DNA of 60,280 nucleotides, filler included, from Jimgerdemannia flammicorona (taxonomy: Eukaryota), in NCBI GenBank assembly GCA_003990765.1. It is 3 parts of 3 records of this genome, joined end to end, with 100 filler letters (N's around TTAATTAATTAA, not from the genome) between each part and the next. Parts side by side here need not be neighbours in the genome. Positions count along the whole stretch, not along the records: positions 1 to 20,034 come from RBNJ01001777.1; positions 20,135 to 40,163 come from RBNJ01001778.1; 1 more part is not named here. One strand, given 5' to 3'. A model generated the notes under the pieces. It ran no database searches, had not been told where the DNA came from, and was given only the letters and a program-made list of their open reading frames with translations. This document shows, one piece after another, positions 11,501 through 22,291 of this stretch. The first letter of the stretch is position 1, and every line of letters begins with the position of its first letter. A program made the translations under genes and the position numbers.

Positions 11501-14381
11501 AAAGAAGTATAGCTTTTTCAGATCAACTACTTCAAGAAGAATATCCCTCAGCAAGTATACTACCAATCAGTTAAGCTATACAAAAACCTCATCCTAGAAT
11601 TAAGAGAGCAGACTATCTTTAAAATCTTTATACTATCTAATTTTAGAAATCTCTTCTTTAAACTCAATAAAGACATCAAGAACCTAGATATAGAAGAATA
11701 TATGTTTTCTGATAAGATAAACCCCATATACTCCTAAGCAATCAACCAAATCTGGAAAAGCCTCATTCTATTAAAAAAAAGCATTATAGGCTATTTGGTA
11801 CTCTATCTCAATCAAATACATAGAGAAGTTTATAAACTAAACTTATTAGGAGATAGCAAAAGATCCTAGAAGAAAGAAAAGACCTCTTTGTGATCTAGGA
11901 GAAAGTGAAGTCTTTTACTAATATTGAAGAAGAATTGATATCTCAGCAATGGCAATAACTAGTAGAGTTTCTTCATAAATACCAAGACATCTTTACTACA
12001 GACTATAGCAATCTAATATATAACTTATTATACTACTATAGTATAAATATAGAAAATGCAATACTTATCTAGCAGAAGTCTTATAGAATACTCTATCACC
12101 TAAAGATATTCAAGAAGGAATATATTTAGAAACACTTAGATAATAGAGTTATCTAATCCACCACCAGTCTCTGGGCCAGCTCTATATTTAATATACCTAA
12201 GAAAAGAGAATGAAAACTCTATATAAACTACAGAAAGCTCAACTCAGTTACTAAAAAAGATATCTACTTCTTGCCCAAAAATGATGACCTCTTAGATCAA
12301 TTGCAAGATGCCAGATACTTCACCAGTATAGATCTTTTTGCAGAATTTCATAAGATCTCTATGGACCCCAAGAATATTCAGAAGACAGCTTTCCTTATTC
12401 TAAAAAATTATTTAAATACTTCTAAATATCCTTTGGACTTTGTAATATACCCCCCACCTTCTAAAGAATGATAAACTCAGTCTATGGCCCACTGATTCAC
12501 TACTGTCTAATTGTATATATAGATAATTCCAACATCTATTCAGTAAATTTTGAAGAATACCTACACTATCTAGAGAAATTCTTTAAGCTCATCTTAAGAA
12601 TCACCTGAGACTCAATACCAAGAAATACTACTTTAGAAAATAGAAACTCAAATTTTTTGAATTTATAGTTTCAAAAGAAGGAACTCATGTAGACCCAAAG
12701 AAAATTAAGAAGATTAATAACTGGCCAATATCTAAGACTCCAAAGGAAATATTATCATTCTTGATATTAATATTCTACTATAAGAGATTTATCAAGAACT
12801 TCACTCAAATTACTACTCCAATCTGAACTCTTCTCAAGAAAGAAGTATTATATAAATAGATAGAACTATAAAAACTAGTCTTCAAAGAACTTAAACACTA
12901 CATAACTACAGCAAAAATTCTTATATGGCCCAATCTATAAAAGCTATTCATCTTATATATAGATGTTTCTAAAGATAGCCTTAGAGCAGTTTTAGCCCAA
13001 AAAGAATCTAACTAGTAGTATTATATAATAGCTTATACAAGCTGAGCTATCAACTAGCAGTAAATTAATTATGGCAGCACTAAACTAGAATACCTTACAG
13101 TTATATAGGTGGTCACTTTGTTTAAGTACTATCTTATCAGAAAAATATTCACTCTGATAACTAACTATATTACTCTCAAATAGCTATTCAACTATAAGAA
13201 ATCTACCAGAATCCTTGTCTGCTGGATCCTTATTCTATAAGATTATAAATTACCATTATCTACAAAGTAGAGAAAGTCTATAACAATATTGATATACTTT
13301 TCTACCAACTCTAATAAACTAGAAGAAGGGTGTACTGAGGAACTATATTCTAAAGAAAGCTCTTTTAATCATTAAAGTACAAAAAGACCTCATCTAAAAA
13401 GAATACCAGAAAGCTCATCAAGGATAGATGAATATAGAAGAAAGGTTAAAAACAATACATTAACATTTGCCTAACCTCTAAATATAAATCAGAAATATAC
13501 TCAAGAAATGTAATATCTATCAGAAGTACCAAGAGAAGAAAAACTATCAAGTACTACTACAATTAATTATACTATCAGATAATATCTTTCAGAGATGGGA
13601 AGTAGATATTATTGGACTCCTACTAGTTATACTAAGAAGAAACAAATACATATATTCTAGTATTTATAGAATATCTGACCAAATGGTCTAAAGCTTTCTC
13701 AATAGAAATTATCAATGTCTTGACTATTGTTGGCCTCCTTCATAGCCTCATACTCAAATATAAACTCTCAGAAGAACTTATTTCTGACCAAGGTACAGAA
13801 TTTATCAATAATATAATTATAAGTTATATCTGAATTCACAAGATTCATCTCAAATTAACTATATAATACTACTTTCAAATTAATGATATAATAGAATGAA
13901 TAAACCAGACCATTAAGAAAGAACTTGTTTAAGTCAATTCTACTAACTGAGATATCTGCTTATCTGAGATCCTATGGGAAATTCAGAATACCCCTATTAT
14001 CTCTACTAAACAAAAGCCATTTGAGATAATGTTTACTAAAAAAAACCAGAACTACTAATCATGAGAATCTTAAAGACCTTCTCAAAAAGACAGAACAATT
14101 ACATAATCAAGTCTGAGCTCAGATAATCAAGGCTTAGAAAAGATAAAAGAAGTACTATAACCAGAAGTAGAAAGATCAGAAGATTAAGATTAAAGATCAA
14201 GTACTAGTTTGGAGAAGTATAATTGAAACAAACTTTGCTATCAAGCTAGAGTCTAAATGGAAAGGATCTTATCTCATATATAATATTAGAGGAACTAGCA
14301 TCTATTTAAGAAGTATGAATAGATAAATCCTGAAGACTCCAGTATACATCAATTATCTCAAGATATATCTATCTCCATATA

Positions 14382-14930
14382 ATGACTCAGAGAATTGACC
14401 AGTGTCTCCAGACCCTTATTCTCAGTTCTTTCTAAGTCCTACTTATTTCTCTGCCTCAGTTCTATCTACTTGAAGAAACTCTAATATAATTAATCTAAAA
14501 ATACCAAGAAAATCTTACTATTGTCCAGAGGCTGTTATAGATCTACTATCTATAGCTCTTCTACAATATTAGACAATTATTACAAAAGTAACTATATCTA
14601 AAGAGAACAGCTAGTATAACTCTCCAAGAAGTCTGAACTACAAAAAGGCTCTATACTTTATATAGATGAAATTTAGAAGTTCTGTCATAAGTCTATTTCT
14701 ACCTAACTGATATCTATCAGATAAATAAGATAATCTTCTAGAATACTTTCCAATAAGTAGATATCCTATTCTCTGAAGAACAGAAAGAAAACCCAGAACT
14801 AGAATGGAGTGATCCAGATTCAAAAGAAGATAATGATACCAGTATAGATATAAAAGATACTTATAAATATTAGAATAATAACTAAAGAACAGTCTAAGGA
14901 TAGACTATCTTTTAGGAGGAGCTGATGTGA
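14382..14930 (+). pseudogene. Accessory ORF3 of element B
   Basis: ATG at 14382 overlaps the IN end and one frame runs to the LTR: LFYNI(R/G)QLL...TTKRLYTLYR, similar to ORF3 of A. Confidence 0.7.
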
Positions 14931-15845
14931 TGAGCCAGTAGAAAAACATACTAAGTTACTATCTGAACTAGTTACTATAATTTAGCCATATATCATATCA
15001 AGTATATTAGATAATCAGAATATCAATTTATATAAATAACTCAGATAGCTAAAGAAGGAAATATTACTAACAGTAAAGATTACTCTGATCCTGAAGGTCA
15101 CTCTGACCTTAAAGATCATTCTGACCTTAAAGGTCACTCTGACTGTAAATTTTCACTCATAAATAACCATTCTATAGTTAGTTACATAGTAACTAAATAG
15201 TAATTATAACTGTATAAAATACTCCAAAGAAAAGAGTGAATAAACCTCAGTCTGAAATTGAAACTAAAAAGCAAAAGACAAGTCTGCCTACTATACTTCA
15301 AGGAATATATCTGTCAAAAGCCACTTGATTCTAAGAGAAAAGAATTACAATACTTAGAAGAAATATCTACTCTAAAATTACTTTTAGAAGATTGTAAGCT
15401 TGATATCGAATTTATCTCTAGTTTCCTTTCTGATACAAAGAGGTCCATTATATTTTGGTTCACTTATCAGATAAGTTAGAAGAGAAGTCCACTATCTTGT
15501 TATAAAATCAATCTACCTAATATAATCTTATAGTAAATTTATTCATACAAATGAAGCCAGTCTTTGATATAACTTTATTCAAGAATCCAAATTGTTTAAG
15601 AAGCTCACTAATTTAGAAAAAATCCACATTATCTACCAAACTGAGTTATCTGAGTTATCTACTAAATAGAGTTATCTGAGTTATTCACCAAACTGAGTTA
15701 TCTAAATTATCTGTCAAACTAAATTCTCTACCAAATTACCAATCTACTGCTTATTAAAAAATTCTGCCAAATCTATCACATTATGTCAGAAATTATATAT
15801 TTTTAGAAATCATTATACTATACTGAGAAATTGACCATCCTAGAT
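14926..15845 (+). repeat. 3' LTR of element B (~0.9 kb, with internal 18-bp and GAGTTATCT tandem repeats)
   Basis: Starts TGTGATGAGCC after the PPT; homologous to 18-152/6873-7480 and to 41515-42542. Confidence 0.85.
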
Positions 15846-16329
15846 AAGAAAACTACTATACTAATATTTCTTTCTAGATTTCTCTATATCTTGAGGTGAA
15901 ATTTGTCAGCAGTTTCTTTATTAAGATAGTACTTACTTACTCTACTGTCAATTTAGAGATAGATACATTCTGTATTGGTTTCTTATTAGATAGTGATGAC
16001 TTCTAGAGTAGTTTCTTCTTTCCAATCTTATGCTTCTCTAGCTTTATTATTGATATTCTTAATTTTGTCATTCTATTATTTCAGAATGATTGACTTATAT
16101 TTTTTAGATTTGAGAATATATATAATGTATTTTTCTATATATTCAAAATAGTATATCTTAATTCTATAAGAGTATTGTCCTATAAAAATAAATCTATTAG
16201 CAATATGCTAATACTATTTCTGATCTCAGTCTTGAGGTTCTTTAATGCAGACAATCTTCTATATCTTAGTCTTCTTCTTGACTTTGTCAGAGTATTTTTT
16301 TCATTAATCCAAAGGCTTTTTCTTCTCTA

Positions 16330-16680
16330 TTGGAGGGTAATAGTTTATTTATTTCATCCGCTTTGAGGTCATTATATATTACTTCAATGATGGCTTGAGT
16401 AATTTATTTTTCACATATGATTTTGATGGTCTTTTATCTAGTATTATATAGTAAGATCTTGATCTTATCTTTAAATTCTTGGTCTACAACTCCTTTAGCT
16501 ATACAGAGTCTCTTTTTTTTGACCAGACTACTCTTTTCTATAAGACAGATATAGGTTCTTTTAGAGACTTCTATTCTAATATCTATGTTAATAGTTGCTT
16601 ACTTATCTGGTTTAATAGTTACTTCTATGCTAGAGTAGAGATCATAGCCAGTATTAGATTTATATACTTTATCTGAAATC
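16330..16680 (-). pseudogene. dUTPase of element C (between gag and PR)
   Basis: (D)TGYDLYSSIEVTIKP...KSSLVKK...GVVDQEFKDKIKILL. Confidence 0.75.
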
Positions 16681-18063
16681 TTTATAGTAATGTAGAATCT
16701 CTTAATCTTGATTTTCTTAGAGGTTTCTTTAGGATCATCTTCTATCATAGTGATAGTATATGAGAAGGATGGTTCTTTATTTGTATTGATCTTCTTATCA
16801 GAGTATTCATGAGATATATGTCCTTTCTTTTTATAATGAAAGCATACTTCTTTCTTTATAAGTTCTTCTATTTCCTTGTTAAATAGTTTCTTGAATTCTT
16901 TATATAGTCTTGAGGACTTATTTCAGAGTTTATACTTCTTCTTAAATTGATGTTATTTATCTCCTTTATTGTTATTTCTATTGTCTTTTGATCTTTGAGC
17001 TATAAGAATAGTGGGTACTCTGATAATAGTTTATTCTAGATACTATTACTCATATGGGTAATTATAGAGTCATTCTTGTTTATGGATTTTTTCTGATAAC
17101 TATTTAGAGATGATATCAAAGAAGTAAGTAGCTTGTGTTCTATTTACAGTTTGTTCTTATTAGTTTTATTCTACTCCTATAGTATTTTAGGAGAATTTCT
17201 GGTCTTATAGCAAATGCTTTAAGATTTTCTTTTCTATCATTATAGAATTATAGGTTCTTGAGCTTGGTTCTAGCTTTAGCAATGTGGGCAGAGCTACAGA
17301 ACTGCTGAATAATTAGCTTCTTTAGATCTATAATAGCTGGATAGACTTTATAGTTAGAGTGATCATCATCTTTTTTACTTATATTAACTTTGGTATAGAT
17401 TTTCAGATAAGAGAGTATACTGGTAGGTTGTGTTATTATTGGGCAGCTGTGCCTGTGAAATATGTGGTAACCTTCTCTATTTGTGAGCTTACAGTTATAT
17501 AGAGATCTTTAATCTTATAGTATATATTATTATTAAGAGTACTATCTAACTTCTGATTATTATTTTATTCATTAGCATGGTAATTAGCATCAATTTGTTC
17601 TATGAATATTATTACCTAGTCTGCTTTGCCTTTGAATATAGTAAGGCCAAGGCCTTTTGTAGACTTATTTATTTCATTACTAAAATAAAGAGCTTGAGTG
17701 GGTATGGCTACTTGATCAGTCAATGCTATTATCTTATTATCTGCTGATATTATTCTGCTATCTCTGTTGTCTATTTAATAAGATAGTTGGAGTTCTTCTT
17801 CTATTATTATGGTATATTAATTATATTTTAGAGTTGATTTTTCTATAATATTTCTGAGGTGAGTAAGTTTGTAGGCTAGTGGTTTTTATAGAATAACTAT
17901 TAGATCTACTGTAATTTTTGATAGATTTAATATTCTTAGTAGTAGTTCTGTAATAATGCTGAGGCCACCAATGTTAAGTTTGGATATCTTTTCAATTATC
18001 TTCTTAGATCTAGATAATGTGATAGGGGTCTTGTTAGATCTTATAGCTTATAGTTCTTAATGC

Positions 18064-18726
18064 TAGATTATTCTTACTTGTATGTAGAGAATACAGTAAT
18101 AGAAGTGGAATTTCTTTTGATATATATAATATCCCTTATAGTTTAGAAAGGTCTTGACTTTATAATAGCAATCATTTGAGAGAAGGTTCAAAATATGTTT
18201 ACTTATAGTCTCAATAGATTCTCATATATATTTCTTATAAAAGTAACTGCTAACTAGCTTATTGAATTTCTCACTAAGTTCAGAAGTATAGAGAGCTTCT
18301 TTATTAAGTATGAGGAAAGTATTGAATATTTTTTAGATGATTTCATTGTTGAGTTTGTCAAACTCTTTTTAGCTGGTGTGAGTTTTGGTCTATTTGATAA
18401 TAATTCTATTAGATTTTTTAGCTTAAGTCTGGGGAGTATTCAGAGTAAAGATACTTCTTGACTATTGCTAACAATGTTAGTAATATTGACTAGTTCTGAT
18501 TATCTATAGTAGATTCTTGAAAGAAGATTACTCATAGATGGGAAATAACTTTTACTACTATCAAATTTAATAAATCTATATACTGATAGAATTAATATAT
18601 TATAGATAATGAATAGTGACTATCAGCCCTAAGTTTTGAGTTCTTGAGGAAGCACTGAGTTCTAATTGTCTATTGTAGCAGAGTCCAGGTATCACTTTTG
18701 AATTCTTATACTAGTAGAGGTACCAT
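18064..18726 (-). pseudogene. Decayed ORF inside the LTR of element C with an F-box-like motif
   Basis: Lies downstream of a TATA (~18851-18860) and upstream of the PBS. Reads FDKLNNEII(Q)KIFNTF...ELSEKFNKLV. Stops are C>T-derivable; one probable frameshift. Confidence 0.45.
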
Positions 18727-18924
18727 GCTTATATTCTAAGTTGATTAGGCTTGGAATTATTAACAAGTTGGATCTGAGGGTTCTGTGATAAGAATACTGC
18801 TTTAATTTTGTTTTTTGGAGAAAGAAGAGCTGAAGTTATAACACACAGAGTATTTATATATGTTTGAAGGCTATAACTAAATATGGTGCACTGGGTATAT
18901 CCATACACAGTTATACTACTTTAG

Positions 18925-20034
18925 GTATAAGCTCCTTTCTCTGCTACCTCACCGGTCACAAGGTTTGGTAGATGACCTTCCAAGTCCCCTTTCCCCTAAT
19001 ATTACCCCCTCTACCTCAGGTTGGTTTGCTGTGTCTGTAGGGGCATGGTGGGAGGAGGGCAATGGTGATGAGTTGCCCCTTTATCAGTGTCGGATCAGTG
19101 CTTCCTCCACTTTTTCACGGATTCTGGTACCTTCAGCTGCATCTGGGGTGTACCCGTTTTGGTGCAGCACCTTCTTCCTTTTGCCATCGCCAACAAGGAG
19201 TTGTCTCAGTGTGTCTTGGGCTACATAGAGAGTTGGCTGACCTTGGACATCAAGTGCTCAGTGTAGGTTACCTGCAGGTCCTCAGTGTCTGTGGTGGGGC
19301 CCTCTGGCTTTGGCGAGCTTCCCGGCAAGCACGGTTCTGGCATCGGTGACTGCTTTTCAGGTGTTGTCGGGATGGGAGGGGAGATGGCCATCACAGATAG
19401 GTGGAAGGGCGATTACGGTGAACCAGTAGGGTGCCAGGCTGGGGGCGGTCATTGGGGCTGGGGCAGGTGCTGCTTCAGTGGGGCCTTTTGATTGGTACGG
19501 CATGGTTAGGTGGTAGGTGTCACTATCGGCTTCTTTTGGCAGTCAGTGGGGTTGGGCCCCAGTCGTCAGGGGGGGTCAGGAGGCCTGAGGCTACCCATTT
19601 CAGGCATCTTGGCTGCACTCAACTAGAACCAGGAGCTGACACGGCAACATGATCGAGGCCCGCAGGCTTGAGTAGTGAGATATTGGGGGTTTCCTCCTGC
19701 CTCACGTATAAGTCCTTTACTCACCTCAACTGGGAGAACCAGGCCCTACTCACCGTGTTGTACTTTGATGAGGGTTTTTTATTTGCCTGTCATTCTCTTT
19801 GGGGTAGCAGGGGCTATTCTATTCGGCTCGGGCATGGCCTTATATATACGTTGGGTTCTCAGGCATGCGCTTTTGGTCATTGGCATATGGTTGGATTTCC
19901 CCTAGTGGTAGGGAGAGCATGGTGTGCAGAATGAGGTGCGGGCTTATCAGCCCTGCTGCGCCTGGCATGGTCAAGCTGCTGGACAATAGCTAGCCTAGGT
20001 TAATGGGGGGGCAGTGCTTGGTGGGTGGTGGGGG
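18925..20034 (+). mobile_element. Copy 1 (cut by contig end) of a 1.19-kb non-autonomous poly(A) retroposon
   Basis: Colinear with 49074-50190 and starts at the same 5' point. Confidence 0.85.
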
Positions 20035-20134
20035 NNNNNNNNNNNNNNNNNNNNNNNNNNNNNNNNNNNNNNNNNNNNTTAATTAATTAANNNNNNNNNN
20101 NNNNNNNNNNNNNNNNNNNNNNNNNNNNNNNNNN
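20035..20134. other. Artificial contig linker (N44-TTAATTAATTAA-N44)
   Basis: Six-frame-stop linker embedded in Ns. Confidence 0.98.
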
Positions 20135-20416
20135 ACGAAGTCGCGCTGAAACCAGGAATGGTGTATTTTTTTTTTTTTTTTGTTGTTTTAAATTTTGTAA
20201 TAATCGAAATAAATGCATATTGTGGTGGATGTGTGTTGTAATGCGAAAATCAAAAACGATTGGTCTTGAATTGCTGATCCTGAACCGGAATACCTTAATA
20301 AATTGTTCAAGGAGGTGGATAAGATAGAGGACCCAACCCTGAGAAGATGTTCATCTGAGTTATGCTCGGAACGTCGCATGTATTGGCATGCACAATAATA
20401 ATATGCAACTCCAGGA

Positions 20417-20616
20417 ATGAAGATGTTCAAGAAGGCGACTGAGGCAAACGCAGCACTACAGAGACACATTCCACCGGAGATTATAGGCACCATACTGCAA
20501 TTTTTGTTACCTAATATCTTACCTAATATCCCTATATTCCCGCTTGACCTCTTCGCCAACGCACTGGTCTGTAAATCCTGGTATCAAGAAGCAGTTACAA
20601 AGCCACCTGTCAAAGA
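20417..20616 (+). CDS. F-box domain-containing exon/ORF
   Basis: IPPEIIGTILQFL...DLFANALVCKSWYQEA matches the F-box consensus; the region retains CpG. Confidence 0.7.
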
Positions 20617-20676
20617 GTATATAGGAGTTATTAACATTGGGTTCGCCTTTTTTTTTTTTTTTTTTTTTTTTTTCAT

Positions 20677-21189
20677 GTGATATATACGATCCATGATCCA
20701 TATGACCCATATGATCATCGTAAAAAGGATGCATACGTCGATCTCAGTGGGCCCCTATTCGAGAACGACACGTTCATCGACACTATCGATGATGTCAATC
20801 ATCGGGATCGAGTCCTCGACCTCCTCAAAGTAGAAGCATTGCAAAGATTTAGGGATAACCTCATCGAAACAGCGCTCGCAAGCGTAGCCTATACCCTCGA
20901 AGACTTCTACAACGCCATCCAAGGGCGTTACATGTATTGGTGCTCCGGCACCTCTAACCGCCCCGAAGTGCTGCTTGGAGAACGAGCGCAGAGGTCCTAT
21001 CTGGCCCATTGGCAGAAAATGTCCATCCAATTCGAACGAGGCAATACCGACCTCCGAGGGTCATTGCCACCAACAGCTAGCCAGCAAATTGGCCTCGAGG
21101 GACTCCGTACTGAATACCCAGACTTAAACCGTGAACAACGAGAATTTGCCCGAAGGCGCTTTGCCCCCAACCGACCCCCGAGCCTTTAG
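20677..21189 (+). CDS. Hypothetical protein/exon, possibly spliced to the upstream F-box exon
   Basis: 170-codon CpG-rich open frame after a poly(T) tract; no recognisable family. Confidence 0.5.
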   Translation: MIYTIHDPYDPYDHRKKDAYVDLSGPLFENDTFIDTIDDVNHRDRVLDLLKVEALQRFRDNLIETALASVAYTLEDFYNAIQGRYMYWCSGTSNRPEVLLGERAQRSYLAHWQKMSIQFERGNTDLRGSLPPTASQQIGLEGLRTEYPDLNREQREFARRRFAPNRPPSL

Positions 21190-21475
21190 CTGACCGACTC
21201 CAGAGCCTCTGCTAGAAGCAAAAGTAGAAGTGAAATAGTATGGAGTCTGGTGTCTCAATATGAACGACGAACAACTAGAAGCAGCCTGAAGGCCCTTCAC
21301 CCCTAACCGACCGCCGAGCATGAACGCTAAAGGGCTTTTATTGAATGATCGCAATTTTGACACATTAACTCGGGAAAAAAATAAAACGGTTTTCATCATT
21401 GTTGTCTGCAATGTTTACTTATAAAGTAAAAGTCCAACATAAGATGGTTTATTGATGGGTGACTCCGAGGGGTCT

Positions 21476-21960
21476 TCAACTATCACGTATCCAGCAATCT
21501 TTATACAGGGAAAGACATTTATCATGCATAATCTTCACCACCTGTTCATTGCTCTGCAAATGCAGTGGAAGTTCAATCTCTTTAAGGGTTTCCCACCTAG
21601 TTATGACATTTACTATAAATAATAGTGATATTAGCAGACAATTTCTGAAGAAAACCTTTAGGAGATTCAAACAAATTTGTTGACAATCTATATTATTGAT
21701 TAACTCTGTAATGTTGTATCTGCTGAAATATACAAACTCTAGCAATGATAGCTTCACAATTTCCTCTAGTACCTTGTCATCAACAATTTTAATATTGTAT
21801 AAGATAATGGTTTTAAGATTTAGACACTCCAAAATGATCACATCTATTGAACAAACAATTGATCTTGGTAAAGGTAGAAAACATTTTGGAAAAAGTGGTG
21901 CCAGGTGTCACCTAAAGGACAAAATTCATAAGTTGGGCCATATTCTTTATTATCTTACCT
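21476..21960 (-). pseudogene. LRR (RNI-like, F-box/LRR-type) gene fragment
   Basis: Repeated CPNL/CLNLKTIILY/CLNLLKVFFRNC/LKEIEL motifs; CpG-depleted with stops. Confidence 0.6.
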
Positions 21961-21999
21961 AATATATATAGATTATCTAATTAATGCTTCTTTTTTGAT

Positions 22000-22291
22000 A
22001 GAGGGTGTCAGCAAGTTAGCCATCTATCATCTTGCCCATTGTGGTGGTGTAAAGCATATCTCAGATCTCTCATAATGAGACCTATAGTACTCTCAAATCC
22101 TTTCTTAAAGACACTATTGAGGATGCTATAATTTACACTAAGTATACCAAGATATTATATTGGCTCTAAAGAAAAATAGTATCTATACTTCTTGTTTTTA
22201 ATTATTATTTATTATACTATATATTATTGCTAATAAATCATCATATTCTTTATTCTAAAAATCAGACTTTATATGACTTTGATAGTATTAA
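22000..22291 (+). pseudogene. Decayed histone H4(-like) copy lacking its N-terminal exon
   Basis: GVSKLAIYHLAHCGGVKHISDL...ETYSTLKSFLKDTIEDAIIYTKYTK...DIILALKK [intron] QTLYDFD aligns with H4 [22 protein letters not shown]...[25 protein letters not shown]...DVVYALKR...RTLYGFG. Confidence 0.85.

Larger units (their letters stand above)
18..15845 (+). mobile_element. Heavily decayed Ty3/Gypsy element B (gag-PR-unknown-dUTPase-unknown-RT-RH-IN-ORF3)
   Basis: 5' LTR = 18-152 + 6873-~7480 (split by A), matching 3' LTR 14926-~15845. PPT AGGAGGAG lies before 14926. PR ILIDTKAA at ~9465, RT DLLDQLQDARYFTSIDL at 12271-12471, IN 13500-14400. Right end is approximate. Confidence 0.88.
15846..18924 (-). 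mobile_element. Partial decayed Ty3/Gypsy element C (long 5' LTR, PBS, gag, dUTPase, PR), interrupted by element B
   Basis: PBS-like TGGTGGCCTCAGC ending at 17970 next to the LTR end at 17972. Zn knuckle CFHYKKKGHISHEY at ~16805-16848, dUTPase NTGYDLYS at ~16640, PR IDSRVSKYYLNKETA (DSG) at ~15950. Confidence 0.8.
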
